Assembly: GCA_037447605.1 (NCBI GenBank)
Contig: CM074816.1
Span: forward strand, 759,873 to 823,872
From: Zygnema circumcarinatum SAG 698-1b
Taxonomy: Eukaryota; Plantae; Zygnematophyceae
DNA length: 64,000 nt
Direction: 5' to 3'
Shown here: positions 57,468 to 64,000 of the stretch, piece by piece
How the letters are laid out: each line of letters starts with the position of its first letter
Numbering within the stretch: position 1 is the stretch's first letter
The notes under the pieces: model-generated
Told to the model about the DNA's origin: nothing
What the model saw: only the letters and a program-made list of their open reading frames with translations
The model's database searches: none
Translations under genes and position numbers: made by a program

Positions 57468-58427
57468 ATTCTATTGCACCCCTGCGTTTTGGCTTTCGCA
57501 CCCCCCCTGTGAAAAATTTTCCTGCCCGTTTTGGTTACCCCCCCTGTTTTGAATATTTCGGGAGGGAATCTTTTTCCCTCACCTCAACTCCCGTCCCTTT
57601 CCCTCCGCTCCCCCTTGGTCCTTGCATCTCAGTTAGATAGAACTATTGGTTGCCGAACAATTGCAGTTGCAAAATCGGTTATGAAGAAACGAGGTCGACC
57701 TACTAACGTGCGCAGTTTGGCAATCAGTCGGGACAAGAGCCATTTCGACAAAAAAAAAAAAAAAAAAAAAAAAATGTTCCAATTGCAAGCAACCAGGCCA
57801 CAACTTAAGATCTTGCCTTAATTAGGGGGTCTACAATCCTAACTTGAAAACAGAGAGTAACAATTGCCCAACATCGATGACCTTCGCAGCTGCGTTTAGG
57901 GCTGCGTTTTTGCGCTTAAGCTTAGTTTAGTTTAGTTTTTTGCTCCTAGTTTTTTATGCTGTGTGTACATTTGCTACGAATTTCTTGTGGTTCCTATGTT
58001 GACTTTGTCCATGTTTATTTGATGGCCTCACCATCTTGAGATCAATGCAAATCCCTATTTCTTTTGTCGCACATTGTTGGAAGTCAATAGTGAAAAGGAG
58101 AAAACGAGGGGGATGGAATGTTCAGAAAAAGAGGAGGGGAGGGCAAGGGAGGGCAGGGGAGGGGAGGGGAGGGGTGTATCGCTCTGATGCAGCAGATTTC
58201 GCAGCTGTAGAAAGACTTGTCCAGGAAGGGGAGGGGAGGGGAAGGGAAGGGAGGGGAGGGGAGGGGAGGGGAGGACAAGGCAAGGGAGGGGGGGAGGGGA
58301 AGGGACGGGAGAGGCGGGAAATAGATTTCTTCCCGAAATATTCAAAACAGGGGGGGTAACCAAAACGGGCAGGCAAAATTTTTAAAAGGGGGCTGCGAAA
58401 AGCCAAAACGCGGGGGTGCAGTAGAAT
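57468..58427. mobile_element. MITE/foldback-like non-autonomous element with about 110-bp terminal inverted repeats
   Basis: 57468-57575 (ATTCTATTGCACCCCTGCGTTTTGGC...GGTTACCCCCCCTGTTTTGAATATTTCGGGA) is the near-perfect reverse complement of 58318-58427. The interior is non-coding, with poly(A) and (GGGGA)n tracts. Confidence 0.7.
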
Positions 58428-58532
58428 GATCCCGAATCTTCCCGAACAACGCTAAGAGCGGAAAACTACGTCTATGCGATACGATATGAAACTGAACGAT
58501 ACGGTACGGTACGGTACGGTACGATACGTACG

Positions 58533-61032
58533 GACATACGTGAAGTCTAACATAATACCGCCCGCCTATTGGTAACACGAACCTCGTATTTGCAAAATCA
58601 AGATTTTCGCCCCATATTTGCCAAAACCATGGCGAAAATATGAGGACCCCCTACTGTACAGACGACGCGTACGGACACGCAAACACAAGCGGTGGAGGGA
58701 AGTCCATGTCACAACAACTCTCCCTCCCTCCCATTCATTCTCTCAAGAAAGTGCTCTCCACCATGTGCCATGCAGCATCAATCAAATCTATAAATAAACC
58801 ATTAAATCGCTGAAAATACATGCCATAATGCTGCGGATGCTGGTAAGAAAGCAATAGTAGCAACATTAGCTGAGAGCTATCCCCTCCATAGCCATGGCTT
58901 GGGCATGTTTTGCTCTTTTTCTTGCCAGCTCTTCTATGAGACCCTCGCTCTCATCTTCCGCTGCGGGAACATACTCTCTATATTGAACCCATGATAACAT
59001 GGCCAAAACTTCTCCAATCATGGCTTGCCAGCTGTCACGCTGGCGATGGCCCGATTATTCCAAAAAGTCCAACGCCCATGACTCAAACCTGAACAAAACC
59101 AGAATTCCAAGCAGGCGAAAGTTCAGAAATGTTGAACAAAACAATGTCGAAAGAGACTCAAACATACAATTCTTGAAACTGACGTTTGATGGCCTTGCCA
59201 TCGTGAGTTCAATATACCATCCTTTTCTCTTTTCTTCTTGAAACTTGATAGCTTCTATGATCTTGATGCGCTACATGCGGGCGACAGAAATGGGGAGATT
59301 TATCACAGTTTAACAGGAGGCTATTTACTCAGAATCAGAAGTTGATTGTGAGAGCCCGGTCAAATGTCCGAGTTGAGTCCCGAGGGGGCCGACCCGCTCT
59401 GACTGGACCGACTGCGAGCCGGCTTTGGCAGGACACGTGGGCACGTGCCATTCGCTGAGGACCGAGTCTGGCTGCAGATCTAACGGTTGTCGTGGTGCAA
59501 TTTTGCAAGGAAATGGACGGCTGCGATTTAATGCACGTGTAGCGAAACGCTACAGTCACCCCAAGGGGGAAGGGTTACTTAGAGCCCGGCGTGGCTTTAT
59601 GTTTCCATCCAATGCAGTACCTAACGGTTAGAGCATCGGATACCCTATAGGACGACGGAGGTCCTAGGTTCGAACCTTAAGCACTGGTTCACCAGTGGGG
59701 CCGCCACATAATCTCTATGGGCCCCACGTCAGCGGCCAAGGTCCCCTCCTCTCAGCGTAGAGGAGGATCACGGGCTAACGGNNNNNNNNNNGACATACGT
59801 GAAGTCTAACATAATACCGCCCGCCTATTGGTAACACGAACCTCGTATTTGCAAAATCAAGATTTTCGCCCCATATTTGCCAAAACCATGGCGAAAATAT
59901 GAGGACCCCCTACTGTACAGACGACGCGTACGGACACGCAAACACAAGCGGTGGAGGGAAGTCCATGTCACAACAACTCTCCCTCCCTCCCATTCATTCT
60001 CTCAAGAAAGTGCTCTCCACCATGTGCCATGCAGCATCAATCAAATCTATAAATAAACCATTAAATCGCTGAAAATACATGCCATAATGCTGCGGATGCT
60101 GGTAAGAAAGCAATAGTAGCAACATTAGCTGAGAGCTATCCCCTCCATAGCCATGGCTTGGGCATGTTTTGCTCTTTTTCTTGCCAGCTCTTCTATGAGA
60201 CCCTCGCTCTCATCTTCCGCTGCGGGAACATACTCTCTATATTGAACCCATGATAACATGGCCAAAACTTCTCCAATCATGGCTTGCCAGCTGTCACGCT
60301 GGCGATGGCCCGATTATTCCAAAAAGTCCAACGCCCATGACTCAAACCTGAACAAAACCAGAATTCCAAGCAGGCGAAAGTTCAGAAATGTTGAACAAAA
60401 CAATGTCGAAAGAGACTCAAACATACAATTCTTGAAACTGACGTTTGATGGCCTTGCCATCGTGAGTTCAATATACCATCCTTTTCTCTTTTCTTCTTGA
60501 AACTTGATAGCTTCTATGATCTTGATGCGCTACATGCGGGCGACAGAAATGGGGAGATTTATCACAGTTTAACAGGAGGCTATTTACTCAGAATCAGAAG
60601 TTGATTGTGAGAGCCCGGTCAAATGTCCGAGTTGAGTCCCGAGGGGGCCGACCCGCTCTGACTGGACCGACTGCGAGCCGGCTTTGGCAGGACACGTGGG
60701 CACGTGCCATTCGCTGAGGACCGAGTCTGGCTGCAGATCTAACGGTTGTCGTGGTGCAATTTTGCAAGGAAATGGACGGCTGCGATTTAATGCACGTGTA
60801 GCGAAACGCTACAGTCACCCCAAGGGGGAAGGGTTACTTAGAGCCCGGCGTGGCTTTATGTTTCCATCCAATGCAGTACCTAACGGTTAGAGCATCGGAT
60901 ACCCTATAGGACGACGGAGGTCCTAGGTTCGAACCTTAAGCACTGGTTCACCAGTGGGGCCGCCACATAATCTCTATGGGCCCCACGTCAGCGGCCAAGG
61001 TCCCCTCCTCTCAGCGTAGAGGAGGATCACGG
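58533..61032 (+). repeat. 1,241-bp direct duplication (58533-59773 and 59792-61032) straddling a 10-N gap
   Basis: The copies look identical at offset 1259 (the ORF track repeats exactly); N run at 59782-59791. Confidence 0.95.
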
Positions 61033-64000
61033 AAGCTACTTGGCACCGCAGGGACCAATCGGTCCAGCGGTGGATCCGGGCCGGATCCCCAGGTGCGCCG
61101 TCCGTCCGTGCGTTGCGGTTATGCGGGGCCAGCCACGGTCGGAGCCCAGCGCCCTTCGCTGTAGGCTCCGACTTACGTGCACCAGCATCTGGCGGCCTTC
61201 AGCGTCGCGCCCGGCGCGAAATGCGGCGAGCATTAAATGCGTTAGCACACCTCGACCCATGCAGGTGAGAAATGGCGGTTGCGTGGGCGGCCTACTTCCA
61301 ATCCTCATCTTTGGTAGGAGGTTCAGCGGGGAAGCGTATAGGGGCGTGGGTGACTGTCGTCACCCAACCAACATACCGGCATACGGTTGCACGCCCATCC
61401 CGGGCTGCTCCCCACTCTGAAGCGCTCTCTCTCTCTCTCTCCCTCTCTTTGCTGAACTCTGAAGTGTAATTCCGCGCACGGCTGAAGGGGCTAGATTTCA
61501 GTCGTGACATTTGGTATCAGAGCAGGTTTTCGTTTCTTTTTTGGAAGGAGCCTGTTGGTCATAGTGACCACTCGCGGGCGAGGAGGACCCGGGGCCCTGG
61601 GGCCGCCACACTCCCACCTCCCGTTCCCGGGGCGAGGAGATGGAGAGAGAACTAGGAGACTACGCCCGATACTATGGAGGGCGAGTCGAAACCCCGCGGA
61701 GTGATCAAGGTCACCGGAGACCACGCCCCTCTCACCCAGCGGGCGTGGCTCCGGTAGAAGCCCTAACTGGGCCCCTACCCCTTGTCCGGGGCCCACATCA
61801 CACGTGGTGGCCCGGAAGATGAGGAGCAATTGAGGATCACGGGGAAGAGTGTAAGGGGAGCAGAAACGTGAATCACACGTTGAGAACGCTCAAGGAAGGT
61901 GGGCGACATGGAGCTCCGCGTCCGCCGTCACGGTGGACGCGGCAAAGCGGAGTTCGAACCTTCCGGACGGAAGCTCAGTCGAAAGGTATGCCCGAACCCC
62001 GGTGGCCAGAAGTGGATGCATCAGGTCTGGGGAAGGGTTAAGAGCAAACCACTCAATGGCGTCGTCTTGTCCCGGCGCCCCAACCGGCTACCCGGAAGCA
62101 GCGGCCGGGGAATCCCGGACCCCTGGTTTTCCGCGGGGAGTCATAGCGGGGGGTGTGAACCACCGGCGATGGGGAGACCCCGTCGAAGTGCCTTTCTTGC
62201 TTTGAGGCGGAGGGCTCGATCCTCCGGACTGCTCCTCCCGCAACCTCACGGGAATGCCAGCCCAGGCCGGGTAAAGGTGGCCCCCTCTTTCCTTTGAGGC
62301 GAACATCCTACCGCGAATTTGCTCGATTGGCGGTGGTTGGAATCAAGCAGTTACCTTCTTGCGATAACTGTCCCCTCCAGTGGAAGTAGCTTTGCCGCAG
62401 CACTTTCGAAAGGCCGCGCCGTGTGTATGAGGGGCCTCTCGATGAAGATTGGGGGCGATTGGGATAAGTTCAGAGATTAACTTATCAAACACTTTGGGGC
62501 CTTGGATCCCGGCTTGGAGGCCCGGGATAAATTTCAGAACATGGTCCAAACCAGCAGTGTCAAGCAGTTCCTGCGAGACCTGCGTCAAGTGGTCCCTCAA
62601 ATCACCACTCAAGCACAGTGGGGCTGAGTTCTTTCCGCCGGGAATGGCTTGAAGCCACGAGGAAGCGGTGAGAGCTAGCCACGGACTCTGAAACGTGGGA
62701 CCCGCTGACTCTAAAATTTTGTGTACTTTGATCGGCATTGATTGGACACAGCCCTGCTTGAGGCGATGCAGGCCTTCACGGCCAGTGAGGAGGTGGGCGA
62801 CATGTGGGGGCGTGGAAGGCGGGAAGGACCTGACTCTGCCAAAGCTGGCGAGGAAAAGAACAAAGCGGAAGCAGCGAATGGCGCCCGCCCCTGCTACTGC
62901 GGCGCGGAAGTTGACTCCGGAGGAGGAAATGGAAGATGCGGCGGGAGAACAAGTCATTTCGTTGCCCTTGAGGGCATAAGGCCGGTGCCCTGAACTCCAA
63001 GGGCGGAAGGGGCAAGGGGCGAGCTAACCCTGATGGATTTAGAATTCATTGTTGGTGGAATGTGATTAGGGGATGGGAGGACAGTTGCCGTCAATGTTAA
63101 GGGACTTTTGTGGCTTAGGTCCACGGACATGCTTAACTTGTTGGGCAGGCCTTTGGGGGTGCACGATCTCGTTGTGTGTCATGCGCTTCCTGATTCCATG
63201 TCCTTTTCCCCTGCCACCGTGGTGACTCCCTCTAGGTTTATGGATGTATTGATGCGTGGCCAGTGGCATGTTTCAATTCTCAATGTTATGGGGGATGATG
63301 TCTTGATGAGATGTGCCATGGATGCCTTGCTTGTCTTGCGGGATACTTCCCACATACTTGGGCTGCATGTGCTGGTTCCTCAGCACTTGGCAGTTCGCAC
63401 TTTTCCCAACGCCAACTGGCGGTTGGTGAAACAGCTGAGAAAAGGGCACAAGTTAGTGCAAACGATGGAAGGATCCACCAGTTCACTGGTTGGATCCCCC
63501 TACACCTTGGTGTGGAGGACGGCTCGTCCTCACCCCTCGCATATAGTGCGATCTATGTTCCATCTTGCCCATCGTGCCATGACCTTCATCGGGTCGGCCA
63601 ATGGCCACCCAGCAGTTCTACTGCTAGATACTGGGGCAGATTCTAACTTTGTTAGTTCTGCATTCACCCAGAGATTTGGATTGACCACAGATCCCCATTC
63701 AGAAAGTGTTACTTTCGGGGATGGACGCAAGGGCCAGATCTCTGGTAGCGTCACACTCAAGATCAAGCTCCAATCCTACTCCGGGGCAGTCAAGTGTCTT
63801 CTAACACAACTGGCCCCTGGTACTGATGTTATTTTGGGGAGTGCTTGGTTAACCATGGTCAAAGCACAAATGGACTTTTCTGTCCCACATTGCATTCTGC
63901 ACAGTGGTGACAGGCGGCTTACCCTGCACCCTGGCAGAGCCACATCCTCTGCTATCAAGCAGCCTGCTACTCCTTATCTGTGCTCAGCTATGCAATTGGC
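60747..64000 (+). mobile_element. Ty3/gypsy LTR retrotransposon, 5' part (LTR, PBS, decayed gag, open pol N-terminus with aspartic protease)
   Basis: LTR ends ...GTCGTGACA at 61509, then the tRNA-iMet PBS TGGTATCAGAGC at 61512-61523. Gag remnant GDWDKFRD*LIKHFGALDPGLEARDKFQNMVQTSSVKQF (62454-62570) with stops and frameshifts. An uninterrupted frame runs 63066 to the window end and contains LLDTGADSNFVS and DVILGSAWL (retropepsin). The LTR 5' boundary is uncertain (TGT candidates near 59966, 60292, 60606, 60747). Confidence 0.88.
60873..60953 (+). ncRNA. tRNA-like / Pol III promoter module (second copy at 59614-59694)
   Basis: A-box-like TAACGGTTAGAGC, B-box GGTTCGAACC, near-complementary ends CAGTAC/GCACTG. 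The anticodon arm is not canonical, so it is tRNA-derived rather than a functional tRNA. Confidence 0.55.

Noticed and set aside
58787-58995. TATA-like CTATAAATA plus a GT-AG intron giving a 26-aa peptide (MLRMLLFYETLAL...)
   Set aside because: Too short, with no homology or expression support; could be chance signals.

Overview
Eukaryotic, intron-rich genomic DNA, most consistent with a streptophyte (charophyte/zygnematophyte-like) green alga. The taxon is inferred from plant-type gene families, 72-nt LRR exons and G-box promoters; it is not proven. I can support ten spliced protein-coding genes: (1) a ~1,250-1,300 aa secreted multidomain protein (signal peptide, ricin-B lectin, Pro-rich stalk, LRRs, EGF-like, papain C1A protease with intact catalytic residues, 2x EGF, about 4x LysM); (2) a group-3-like LEA protein; (3) a TM-SMP-C2 synaptotagmin/CLB-like protein; (4) a PLAC8 protein; (5) a bacterial-type CMD/AhpD-like protein; (6) an F-box/WD40 protein; (7) RAD51D, with a decayed PIF1-type helicase filling one intron; (8) EMC10; (9) a bacterial-type GH5 endoglucanase; (10) GBA2/GH116 glucosylceramidase. 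The right end holds a MITE-like inverted-repeat element, a probably artefactual 1.24-kb duplication across an N gap, and the 5' part of a Ty3/gypsy LTR retrotransposon. That element has a tRNA-like module upstream of its LTR end and an extra domain ahead of the protease that may be a dead adenine-methyltransferase fold. Non-coding highlights are ABRE/G-box clusters, a phased MSA-like (TCCAACGG) array upstream of RAD51D, and an intronic telomere-like array. All exon boundaries were read by eye and some are approximate.
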